This document shows positions 13,501-25,065 of a DNA stretch of 64,000 nucleotides, one piece after another. A program made the position numbers and the translations under genes. The first letter of the stretch is position 1. Each line of letters starts with the position of its first letter. The notes under the pieces are model-generated. The model had not been told where the DNA came from. It saw only the letters and a list, made by a program, of their open reading frames with translations, and did not search any database. The DNA comes from Podospora anserina (Eukaryota), in contig CM030337.1 in NCBI GenBank assembly GCA_017654855.1, positions 1,178,001 to 1,242,000 on the forward strand, in the 5' to 3' direction.

Positions 13501-15455
13501 TTTTTTTTTTGTTTCTTTTGTTGCTTGTTCAGCCCTGCCGGGACATCACACCCACCCACACACCCACACACCCACATACCCAATGTATGCAGGAGACCAG
13601 GTCTAGGCATGCGGCAGTCGTCCCATGGTACCACCAGAGGTTGAGGCTTAATCAACGCAGCTGCAGCAGCAATGTCAAGCCGTGATTGCGATGTGCTGTC
13701 TCGCTATTGATTTCCTGGGGAAGGCAGCTCGCGTGTTCTGCAGGTGATTTTGCGAGCGAGGTCTGGATGTGAGTGCGAAGGTCTACTCTGCATGGAAGGC
13801 TGCCGAATTGCCGAGCAGCAGATATTCCCAAAGTGACAGTGAATCTGCAGCTTTCTTTTTAGCCAAGAGCACCCTGCTTGCTGCTGAAGATGAGCGTTCG
13901 TATTCAGGAACGGGATTCGCTTGGCTAAAGCTTGCGAGGGAAAGTCATGATGATGTGCCGAAGGGACTGACGTGAGGAATGTGGTCATGAAGAATGGTCA
14001 GGCCACGGCCATGAGGATCCGAGTCTGTAACACCCTGGGGTAGCCTTGACACACTGGGTTGGGCCCGAAGCCAGACAAAAAGTTGAGAAAGAAATACGAT
14101 GAATGTTTGCATATGAATGTTTTCCGTGTAGGTACATGTCACCAGGCGTGTGTAGTGGAAGGCATCCAATGGCATCATTGTGCTATCGGTATGCCAGCGC
14201 TAGGGAAGGGCTTGCAGGCATCCCCACCAAGTCTGCCCTAGCTGGACTTGGTGGCGCTGCGACCTAAGGCAGGCCAAACTCCGCAACTGTTTCCCCCTGA
14301 AGACATCCACTGACCGCCTGTTGACACGAGGGCTCGCAGAGGGCATCCTCGTAGCTGCGGTAGTTTGCGGTAGTGGCCGCAGTTGGCGTCAAGCAGAGGT
14401 TTTCGCTGTCATTTCCGGTGTTGCAGGTACGGGCTGCAGCATCAGAGCGCGAGCAGCCTAGACATTTCTGTTTCTGACGGATGTTTATGCAAGCACTGAA
14501 AAAAGACCCGAATTCAGGCGGGCTCCCCACCTCCCCGTTGGTGGCCTCGACCCTGGATTCGCATCATGCCCCGCTATGGATCAGCACTCAGCGCTCAGCG
14601 CCTCTCGCCGGATCTTGTTCATCCAGATTGCAGATTGCGTCGTCGTCGTCAGCAAGGAATTTACCCTCCAAGAAGAGCCAGGGTTCCACATTCTCCAGGA
14701 TTCTCCAGAGGAGAAAGCAGCATTGTATTCGAGCAGTTAAAGGGCTTTGTCAGGCCATCAGCCTTCCTTCTTTCCGACGCAGCTGCATATAAAGCGGAGC
14801 CATCGGACACATCGGCCCCAGCAATCGGTCGTGCAGCACTGCAGCAGGTCTTGCGCCCGCCGACTCGGCGCCAATCGACGGGTTCGACACCGCAAATCCA
14901 TCTGATCAGGGCACCCCCCTTTTGGCGACCCCCGGTCCTGGCTCCAGCGACTTGGCACACATACAATATCACCCATAGCCTCCCCCCACCCTTTCTCTTC
15001 TCCAACATATATTCCCCCATCCTCTCGGCCTTGTCCGTCTGTCCGACCTCCCAGCTCGTTCGTCTTGCACCCAAACGACTTCCTCGCAGAAAAACAACCC
15101 TTGTGCTTGGTTCCGTTTCGCTTCGGCCCGGCCCCCTTACGTGCTACTCGAAACCTCGTGTTCACAGCCACCACACAACCAAGCATCACGACGTACATAT
15201 CGCATATAGGTCTCGCTTCGATATTTTTTACGACGATCCTGTCCAGGGGAAGAAGAAAAACGATCAAGCCACTTCTGGTTCTGAGTTCAGATATGAGCAG
15301 CTTGCCAGCCTGCTCTACTAAGCTGTTGTTGTTGTTGTTGTTGTTGCCCGTAGGAAGCACTGGCAACCGACACGTTCGATTTCTGGGACCGTGAATCACG
15401 CTTCGCAAAACAACACCTCCAGAACCACCATAACTACCATACAATATCCAAAGCA

Positions 15456-16456
15456 ATGGCTACCTACTCCCCCGAATACTCGGATGACGAGTACGATTTC
15501 GACGAGGAGTACTTTGCGCAAACCTACAAGCCGCTCTCCAACCTCCCGACCCCTCCACCCTCGTCACGCGACTCCTTGATCGCTCAGAGCCCGAGGTCTC
15601 TTTTTGAAGATGGAAGACTTGCTGATTCTGTTCTTTTCGGTATGTGGGCTTTCTCAGTGTTTGTTATTGTTTCGCAATTGGTTTCTAACGGCCCCGTTTC
15701 ATAGGCCCCGCCGTCCACTTGGTAAACCTTGTGCCTCCAACGGCTTCTCTGGCTGTGCCGTCAGTCGCCCTTGTTCATGAGATTCTAGTCCGGGCTGATC
15801 TGCCAATGGACACCATCGGCCTCGCAGTTTGCATTTTGGATTCGCTCAGCTCCAAGTTTTCGCTCAATTGGAGGTTGCTCTGCCCGCTGGCACAGAGAGA
15901 GGCGCTCTCTGAGCTTCCCAAGCGGCACACACTCCCGGTCAGTCCGGTGGGGATGGCCCAGCTACACATCGACTGTGTTGGTCCCGAGATTATCGTTCTG
16001 ACCGCATTGATCATTGCCGTCAAGTTTCTGGAGGATTGCCAGGAGCCCACACAATACTACGCATCAGCATGGGGGAAGAACCAGTGGACTTGCGACCAAA
16101 TCAATGTCACCGAAAGGTGCATCATGGAAAGCCTGGGCTACCGGATTCTCCCCTTGTGGGACCCCGTGTTGATTGGGAGTGTGGTTAAAGACATGGAGCG
16201 TGCTGGAAGGCAGGCGCTCTACCCTCCACAACCCAGAAAAATCGACAAGCACCAGCGCTCCCAGAGCGAGGCCGTGACAGGCCTCGGTCTTCCCCTCACG
16301 CCGGCAGAAACGCCAGTGTTGGAGAACGGCCCCGCTGTTGTTTTCCCTTTGGTGGATGGAGGGAAAATGCACGTCACATTTGGCGGTGAAGGCGCGCCCG
16401 CACCAGACCTGCATCTGCCTCGAGGAAAGCGAAAGACATTCCCCACGAGCGGGTGA
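15456..16456 (+). CDS. Cyclin-like protein (Pho85-cyclin/Clg1-like fold); intron 15640-15704
   Basis: LPTPPPS N-terminus, helices TIGLAVCILDSL and IIVLTALIIAVKFLED...W...INVTERCIMESLGY typical of cyclin boxes; GTATGT...CTAAC...TAG intron. Confidence 0.7.
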
Positions 16457-18613
16457 AGGGCTAGGGAAACTTGGCAATGATTCATTGGGTCACTTTTTTG
16501 TTTTTGGGAGGGGGTGCCAACACATTGGTTTTTCTGTCAAGCATAGCACAGCGGGTTTTGCATAACACCTCCATCCAGCAACACATCCAACAGCATTGCG
16601 AGAACGGCGGATATTGGACACAACAATGGGCCGGGCACATCACATTTACCAACCAACTTTTACTGGCGCTTCGGATTACTCTTTTCGGCGTTTTTGATAT
16701 TATATTTTTTATTGTCAAGCGGTTCGGGCGACGCAAAACTTCATTCTACGATACCACGACTGAACTGAAGAACTTTGTTTACGGGGGCGGGGGGTGTGGG
16801 GAGGGGGGGAAGAGGGCGTATCATCAATGACATTGGGGGGACTAAACAACTACATGTATCTGAACTTTTTGTAATGTTTTGAAAGGCTCACAAGCAAATA
16901 CGGAGTGAGACAGGGACATGATGCAAGGAGAGAGGAGGAGGAGGAGGAGGAGGAGGAAATCAATGACAGGATGGCGTGCTTGGCGCAGTGGGTGAGGTGG
17001 TTTGAAGCGGGGTTACTTGGGGTTGTTTTCCTCAAAACAACACAGAACATAAACATTGGAATAATATTCATGAGAGGGTATTATTATTACACTATTGCCT
17101 ATTACAATTTACGGAACCTGCTTTTCTTTTCTGTGTGCATCATCGGCCCGAACCAGCCATCTAACTATACAATCGATAATGTCCTTGTAAAGCTGGAAGC
17201 TGAACTCCATTCCAATGGGCATAAACTCCACAACAACAGGCCTTTCCCCAGCCCCCCTCCCCGGGATATTTGTTGGTGAGAAGGTTTGCAGAGTACACGC
17301 TTTTGACTTTATACCGTTACGTCAATCGCATGACAACCGCTCGCACGAATAATTTATTTTTCGCCTCGCTCAGGGCAAAACGCGCGCGCGGTTAGCAGGG
17401 GTTAGGCCTGGGGTGTGATCGACGGGGGATCAACAGGGGTGGGAACGGAAGCAGAGACGTGAGCCGAGACCTAGACCCTGGGGGACGTCATTGCTGATGC
17501 CAAAAAAATAAGAATAGATTTGATCTGCGTTGGGAAGCACGCGACAGTTGTGGGAGGGAATGCGAGTGCGTCATGGGGTGGAAGGGTTTTTGAACCTGAT
17601 AATTCATGGTCGAGGGACGGGGCTGGGTTCGGAAAGGTTTAAAGGATGTTTTGAGGGTTTTGCGTGAAACCGAGGTTATCTGTGCAGATCTAACCACTGT
17701 CTCTTTGGGAGTTGAATATGACTTGGGTAGCAATGTTTCAGTTATCCAGACCATGAAGTGACCATTGAGAGGGAAAATTCGAGAAATGAAGGGCTCGGGA
17801 TGAGGGAGATGATGAAGTTGCTTCTCGGCTACTGGTATATTTTTTTTAAATACAATTGATGTGGCATAGAGACATGACAGCCCAATGGCTGAGACTATGT
17901 ATTTCAAAACGAATATTAAACTGAATACTTACCCAGAACATTTCTGCGCTTGCTCCCCAGCTTAGCTGTGCCTAGCAATGTCTCAATTCTTCTCACTTGA
18001 CAGTTATCTTTACAAGAGACTCAACACTTGAGAAGAATCTCCACTTCAAAAAAATCTCAAAAACCAGTAGTTTCAAAAAGTGGTAAACATAACATTAGGT
18101 ACCAGCAATGTTTATTGTCTAATCGGAACGATGAGGGGGCAAGATAGGCAGTCAGTAGGCATTGCGCCCTTCACCACAGGGAGAGTACACATCTTGCCTT
18201 ATCATCACATAAAGCGGCTCATAAAACGTATCATGCTGGACAAAACAACATCAATCAACCACCTCTCTCCAGCTAGTTGCAGAGTACCGTAGCTTAAAAC
18301 ACAAATTAATCCTCCCACACCTACCTAACCCAATCCAACCAATCAATCAACCTGCCAGATGGAATCCCCGTCTCAAACGGCCCCCCCATCTCCATTTCAT
18401 ACATCATACATCACACCTCCCCCCATGAGAAAGAAAACCTCAGATATTACATGCAAACAAAAACAAACGCCAACCCAATGCTGCCGAACCCCCCCCCCCA
18501 TAAAGCCAAAAAAGCTCACACACAATGCTCGCAAAAGGAAACCACTCCCCGCCCGACCATCCTCCCAAACAGCAAATCTTCCTACCACCCAACCCTTTTC
18601 CCACAATTGGATA

Positions 18614-21600
18614 TCACAACGACCCCGCCCCTCCGATCCCCTTCCCTACCCCCCTCCTCGCAAACCGCCCAAACCCACTCTCCGGACTCATCTTCCCCTG
18701 CAACTGCCCCCCATCATTATCATCATCATCATCCTCATACGTCTCATCATCTTCCACCTGTGGCGGTGGTGGCAGCCTCTTATCCCCCTCCCTCTGCTTC
18801 CCCTTATCACCAGGCATCTCATCCCCAATCCCCAACCCCGTCGCCGCAATCGCCGTAACCGCAGACCCAGACCCCGACTTGTTCGAAACCGGACTCCTCA
18901 TCCAGCTCCCAGTCATCCCAGTGTTCTTCCGTATCTGTATCCTCCTCGCCTCCTCCACCCCCACAGTCTTACTCCGTCTCAATCCGAACCCCCCCCGTCC
19001 ACCACCCATCATCATCCCCTCCCCCGCCCCCGGCGCAGAAGTCGACGACGGCTCCGACGACCCCGGCGGTCCCACCATCATCTTCAGCGGTTTCTTCTTC
19101 CTGAAATTAATCCCGGACCCTCCCACCCCTCCGTCGTCAGAGTTATGCGCCGTGTTAGGAACGGAATTCCTCAACAAGCTCATCTCCCGTACCACATCCC
19201 CTAGACTTTCTTCTAGGGTTTTCATTTTTGCTAGCATGAGCCTGCTCATTCGATTGTTATCCCCTTGAGCGCTCTTGGATAGCATCGCCGTCGCCATGGC
19301 CATTTGTGTCGCGAAACTAGAGGGCACGCCACTAAAGGTGCTCTCTTCGTCGTCTACTGTAACCGTGGCGTTGAGATCGGAGGAGCTCATCCGCCGGTGA
19401 CGGTGGACATCTTGGGGATCTTGCTGGTGGTGGTGCTGTGTTGCTGGTCTTCGGGCAGGGATGTCAAGAGTCAGACCTGATCGGGTGGGAGCTGTTCGTG
19501 CCATGTCGCGGGGCGGGGCAATAGGGCGTGGCCGGGAGGAGGTCATGTAAAGAGAACGTCGAGGCGAGCGGTGGCCACCTCCTGAGATGGGTGTCATGAT
19601 CGGGGTGTGTCGTCGGGATGGTAACTGCGGTGATCTGCCCATGGAAGCAGAGGAGGAACTATATGGCTGATGTTTCTCCTCTGGGACGTAGAGGATTGTG
19701 TTAGTTGACAGTGTCCGGGTGTGCAGAGCGTTACGCCTTGACTGGCCGATGCGAGGAGAGTCAGTTGACGGGAGCTCATCGTTGATGAAGCGGCTGGCAA
19801 CAGGGGTTGTGAAATAATCTTCCTCCATTGCCTCGCGGTCGTGTCCATGACCGTCACCAATGGTGTTGGTCACATTATCCTCCTCTTCCTCATCATTCGT
19901 GACAAGCTCGTCGTCTCCATCCGCATCGGTGTTCTCCTTCATCTCATGAGCATAATCTCTCCGGTGGACGCCATCGTGGTAATACTCGGGTGCCATGGGG
20001 TACGGGGCGTCAGAAACGAAATCTGCTGGATCGCTGGCCGCAGAACGAAGATCGGAATACTGCCGTGGGAACCTGGATGGGCGTTCTCGATTCATACTCA
20101 GCCGTCGCCGCCAATCACCGGTCATCCTGCTGTCAATCGTCGAATAATTCTGCGGCGAGCGGAAGCCTCCGTCATTTTGGTCCATCCATGTGCGAATCGC
20201 ATTCTGCGTCTTCCGTCGCTCATTCCTCCTTTGAGTCCTCAGCGTAGCTGTATCGGGAGCACGTCGAAATACTTCTTCCAATGCTCTGTCCTTCTGATAG
20301 CCGAGCACTGATTCCTCTCGTACTCGGACACTGGGGCTGAAGAATGCTGACCTGGTAGATGGATCGCCCAAAGAAAGCCCATGTGGGCGTCCACGACCGG
20401 GATTGTCGACGAGATCAGTAGCTTCGTAGATGTACGGCGCAAGGAAGTACTTCTCGTAGAAGAAAATGCAAAACAGCAGAGGGAAATGGGTGGCTTTGAT
20501 CACGGCGCGGTTGAGCCACACGAACCGCTTGAGGGACATGAAATACCTGAGTGGCATCAACCCCCATGCAAAGATATTGGCGGGCGCAATATAAGAGAAG
20601 AGCGTATCGTTCTTCACCATGGAAATTGTGTTGATAGCGAAGAGAAACTGGTGCTCTTCGTTTGCGTTGGATGCAATTGACATGAAGGAGTTGGTCAGAA
20701 CAGTGATGAGGATCGTCCTATCGAAAGTAAGTATCAGTTTTCCAGTTACCAGAGAGCGCCCACGTACACGATGACGAAGTGACAAATGATGAGGAACAAA
20801 GCCATCAAGGCCTTGCCCATCCAAGTGTACGAGTCCCACCTGCCGATTCGTTAGCCGTGTGGTCCGGAAATGTCGCTAAGGGATGTGTTTGTACTTACAC
20901 TTCCCACGCGGCTGGTGTAAAGCCCATGAGGATCTGAAAGATCTTGTAGGCAAGCACATAAGGATCGTTTGTGTTCTTGGAAAGGGTAAAGAAGACAAAA
21001 AAGCCGCTACAGCACACCAATATGAGCACAAAAACAGCCGCCAAGTCGACCGCCATCAGCCGAAAGGCTATCAGGAGCTGCGAGAAATATTGGTAATGAT
21101 CGAGAATGCTGAATATCCTCGGCAAGAGCAGGACCGCATTAGCAGCGAGGACATCGTAGGCATTTTCGTTCCATTTATGGGGTTCGAGAAGAAACACGCT
21201 GTAGATGCGCATGCAGTAGTAGACGATCAAAAGCAACAGGATACCTAGATCGAATATGTTCCAGAAGCTCATGATGTAGAGAGACAGGCCCTGCTCATTG
21301 AAGCCGACGATTTCGTCAAGCATAAAGCCAGCACTCCAAAACCAAAAAATCAACTCCAGGGAGGTGATTTTGCTCGATCTTTGGCTCAGAACGGCCAAGA
21401 AGAGCGCGATCAAGATGGCAAGGGAGCACGTGGAGAGTATTTGACGATATCGTGGGACCCGTAGCCGTGATAGTTTGAAAAGTGAAGCGGTTCGAGGATC
21501 ATACAGGGTTACAAATCGCCGACCGGAAACGTGAGCAAGAGCCCGTCCATGGTCCTCCTTCGCTTGCTGCTGCTGACTCAACAGCGGTGTCCTCACCGTA

Positions 21601-22567
21601 CTCTGGCGCCGAGACTGATTGCTACCAACAGCACTCGACGAAGAGCCTTGACGGCGAAGCTGGTCCTCGGTGGAGTGAAAGCTGATGGCACCGTTCCAGA
21701 TAGCCTCCAACTGCATCACTACCAGAGGATGAGAGAGGAAGTGCTTGGCTGAAGCTCGGATGGCAACCTCAAGGGTTGAAGTCCGCATAGTGGCCGGGCT
21801 AGACCTGGCGTGTTGGGGAAGTGGTCCTTGGGACCCCGGGATACCCTGGAGAGGATAGAAGTCGTAGGAGAGTGCGTCGATGAGCTCCCGCGTCGTGTAC
21901 TCTTTCAATATTTTGAGTGCCAACAGCTCACACACTTTTGCTCTGGTGCTGCTTGTTCCGGCATTTCCTGGGTACAACTGCCCTTCCTTCCCGAATTGCA
22001 AGCAATTGGCCATCAGGGCGTAGAGAGTGCCCCGAGAAAAGTGTTGCGTCCGTATTTGTTGCTGCATTGGTCTGATGAGAAACTGCGAAACCTGCGGGGA
22101 TCTCAGTTGATCCCATGTTAATGTTGTTTCGGTTCTAGCTTGTACAATGATGCGGATGGCATGGGTCATGCTGTATATAGGGAGTGAATCTAGGACAATC
22201 ATTAATCGCTGCCTCCTTATGGTCATTGAGGCCGCATATACATACCCAGATGACCTGCAGAAAACAGGGGTAAGCCGATGGAGTGACTGCGCCCATCCTC
22301 GTCTTCTTCGGTTTGAACACCAGCAGCCTGGTAACGGGACGGCTGCCCGTTATCATGGTGAGACTCATTTTCTTCGTCGTCGTCATCATCGTCGGCCTCG
22401 GTGAAGTCGGCAGCGGCGTGACGATGCTGGCGATACTCGCCTAGCGAAGCGACCGAGGCGCGATGCATTCGATTGGTAGGCGCAAAACGTTGTTCTACGT
22501 CTGGACGGTGGCCCTCATCCTGTGAATTCTCGCCCCTGCCAAAGGGCCGCAGCAGAGCGGACAACAT
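18614..22567 (-). CDS. TRP/YVC1-like cation channel with long disordered C-terminus; introns about 22245-22190, 20898-20840 and 20767-20718
   Basis: LSRLRVPRYRQ, ELIFWFWSAGFMLDE, SFWNIFD, LLPRIFS, MGFTPAAW, ILITVLTNSF, FSYIAPANIF motifs; multiple hydrophobic helices; spliced frame is continuous. Confidence 0.85.
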
Positions 22568-24162
22568 TCTCCAGTCCGGGCTCGAAGTGCCCTGCTCGTT
22601 ATTCGTAGCGCCCAAGCGCCATGGAAGTCGAAGGGTCGCGATATGTCGTCAAGGGATCGGTAAACTGGTGAAAGAGCGTCGAGGCTGCAGGAGGCAGATG
22701 TCGCACGCAGTTCAGTTCAGACCAGATGGATGCTCTAACAAGACATCTTGGCGCCGTCTCTAGACTGTCGCAAAAGACAAGACGAAAAGAGGGACACACG
22801 CGTGGACCGCGACTTGGGGTGGCCAAAAGTACAGATGAAAAGCCCCTGGGAGGAAGCCACAGCTGGGAATTGGGTGATACGTGAAGCGACCCCCAGATTC
22901 TGGACTGATAAGGTCGTGTCAGAACTTGGGCTCGCGGCGGGCACTGGCCTGATCCCTGCTCCTCAGATCTCCACAAAACCCGTCCGAGACTTGACGATGA
23001 CTCCAGCTTCCAGCTCTGTCCTTCTTTTAATCAACAGAGAAGAAAAGAAGGGTTGTCCTGTCCTCGTGCTCTTTTCTCCTATTTTCAAGGTTGCACCACC
23101 CGACCCGACTCGCTTCCCACCATCTGGGTGTCTTTGGCGAATGGGCAAGCTCGGAGCACGCTGCAGAAGCGACCCCCGTTCCAGTTTCAACAACCACAAC
23201 GAATCGCGGGGTCGAAAGTGGATTTCGCCGAGGCCAGCATGAGGAGCTGCCTCGAAGCGGTCTGAGGGGCCGCCTCTCATCTTCAGCACTCCCACGGCAC
23301 CCACCTAGCGTCGTCGCCGGCCGAAGCTGAAGTTCGCCATCATCAACACATACACACCTCTTCTCCTTTCTTCTGACATTCCTGTCTCTATCTTATCATC
23401 GTGCATCAGAGAATGTCGCCATCGCCAGATCTGGACCCAGATGTTGGCCACATGACCGCACCGTGACCAGCTCAGGGTCCTTGATGGAGGGGTAAGGTTA
23501 CAGCGGGGCTCCTGCAAAACACCTGCACGCTGCGACCATGGGTGTTGGATCTTGTCCCGCGCGTCCACCGGCATGCTCTCACGAAGTCGAAATAGCCAGC
23601 TCTGATAGCCAGCGTCTGACTCGCCTACCAGCCGCCGACGGTGGGGACTGGAGCCGATGCCGCAAGAACAAAAGGGTCCGGCAGCGGCTTCTCTTCAGAC
23701 ATCTCCAAGGACAACAGACTCACAAAGGTTCATCATCACTCTCATCAACAATATGACATTGTTCGGCAAGCTCCGTCCTCTCCGAAGCAGGCAGGCCGCG
23801 CCATGGCTTGACGAACCCTGCATATCCGGGTACAGACAGCTACCTCAGTTTGCTTATAAGGATGCCATCTGCTGTGCGAGTATTGGCAGCATGGCTCTAA
23901 GGCAGATATCCTTCCACGGTGTGGCTGACTACAGAGGAATAGAGAATGTCGCAGCTCGGAACCGCTTGTCATAGCCTGCCGGTACGGGATCCGTCTTTTA
24001 CATGCCCCACTCGGCGCCGGTTACCCCACACCATCGGCTCCGGCACCTCTTACAGCCCCACTGCCACCCGAACTCCAAAAAAGTTGTAAGTGGGGCTCCA
24101 CAGCACAGCTGAAGAATTCTTAAGCCCTCACTTCGACTCCTCTTCTACAACACAACGCAGAT

Positions 24163-24235
24163 GGTCTGCTGGCGTAATTGGAAGCGCGTCTGACTACGAA
24201 TCAGGAGGTTCCAGGTTCGAGCCCTGGGTGGATCG
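24163..24235 (+). tRNA. tRNA-Arg(ACG), intronless
   Basis: GGTCTGC-TG-GCGTAATTGGAAGCGC-G-TCTGA-CT-ACG-AA-TCAGG-AGGTT-CCAGG-TTCGAGC-CCTGG-GTGGATC-G; T-run about 24 nt downstream. Confidence 0.93.
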
Positions 24236-25065
24236 AAGGGCAAAGGTTCAACATAACCTTTTTTCCGTTATCTATTTGTACCTGCATTAGGGTGGTCGAG
24301 TTGTATCTAGTTCGAATCGAAATCACTTCTATTTTTTCACAAGCCTCTTTTCAAACAAAGCTGATATGGGAAGACAACATGGAAATCTCCAAAAACACAT
24401 GGCTCTCTCGGTAGAGTGTGAGTCGAGATCTGGGGCTGAAAAATCCGATCCCAAGCGAGTCAATAAATGGCCAACCAGAACATCGGACAACGGCAGACCA
24501 GGAGAACGCTGCACCGGACTGTAGCATCCCCCACTATGAACTGGTGCGCTAACGCCTTTCCAGGACCCGTGATTGGCCAATGAGGAAAATTCCTGTCAAA
24601 GTCAATTGACCGCACAGGGAACCCCGCAGCAGCTTGTCACCACCGCCCTGGAAATCCAAAAAGTTTTGGACGGCAGTATGGAAATGTGGCGGGGCAGCAA
24701 GCTTAATACAAAATTCTGCCCTCCCGGCCGCCGACCACAACTTTCTCTTCTTGTTTTCTTTTGTTATCCAGAAGAGCTGCCAAACTCCAGAGCATGACGA
24801 CCGCTGCTTGAACGACGACGACTCTTCTGGTATCACTCAAAATCACTTCTTTCTCATCCCACTGCTGCCCTCTGACGGCACAAGAGCTCTCCACCCCCCT
24901 GAACCCGAGCTCCCCACCATCCCGAGGACTCTCCTGTCTTTTCGCCGCGTCCTCCGTCCTCCGTTCTCGGTCAAAAAGTCATCATCCTCCTCCTTCTCAC
25001 ACGTTCGCTCCCCAATTCCTTCCCTTCTTCCTCCTACGACCAAACAATCCCTCTTCTCAGACACG

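Noticed and set aside
14566-15456. Overlapping 251-aa (+) and 232-aa (-) ORFs upstream of the cyclin
   Set aside because: No motifs or codon bias; probably promoter or 5'UTR.
18359-19268. Plus-strand Pro-rich ORFs
   Set aside because: Antisense shadows of the G-rich 3' end of the channel gene.
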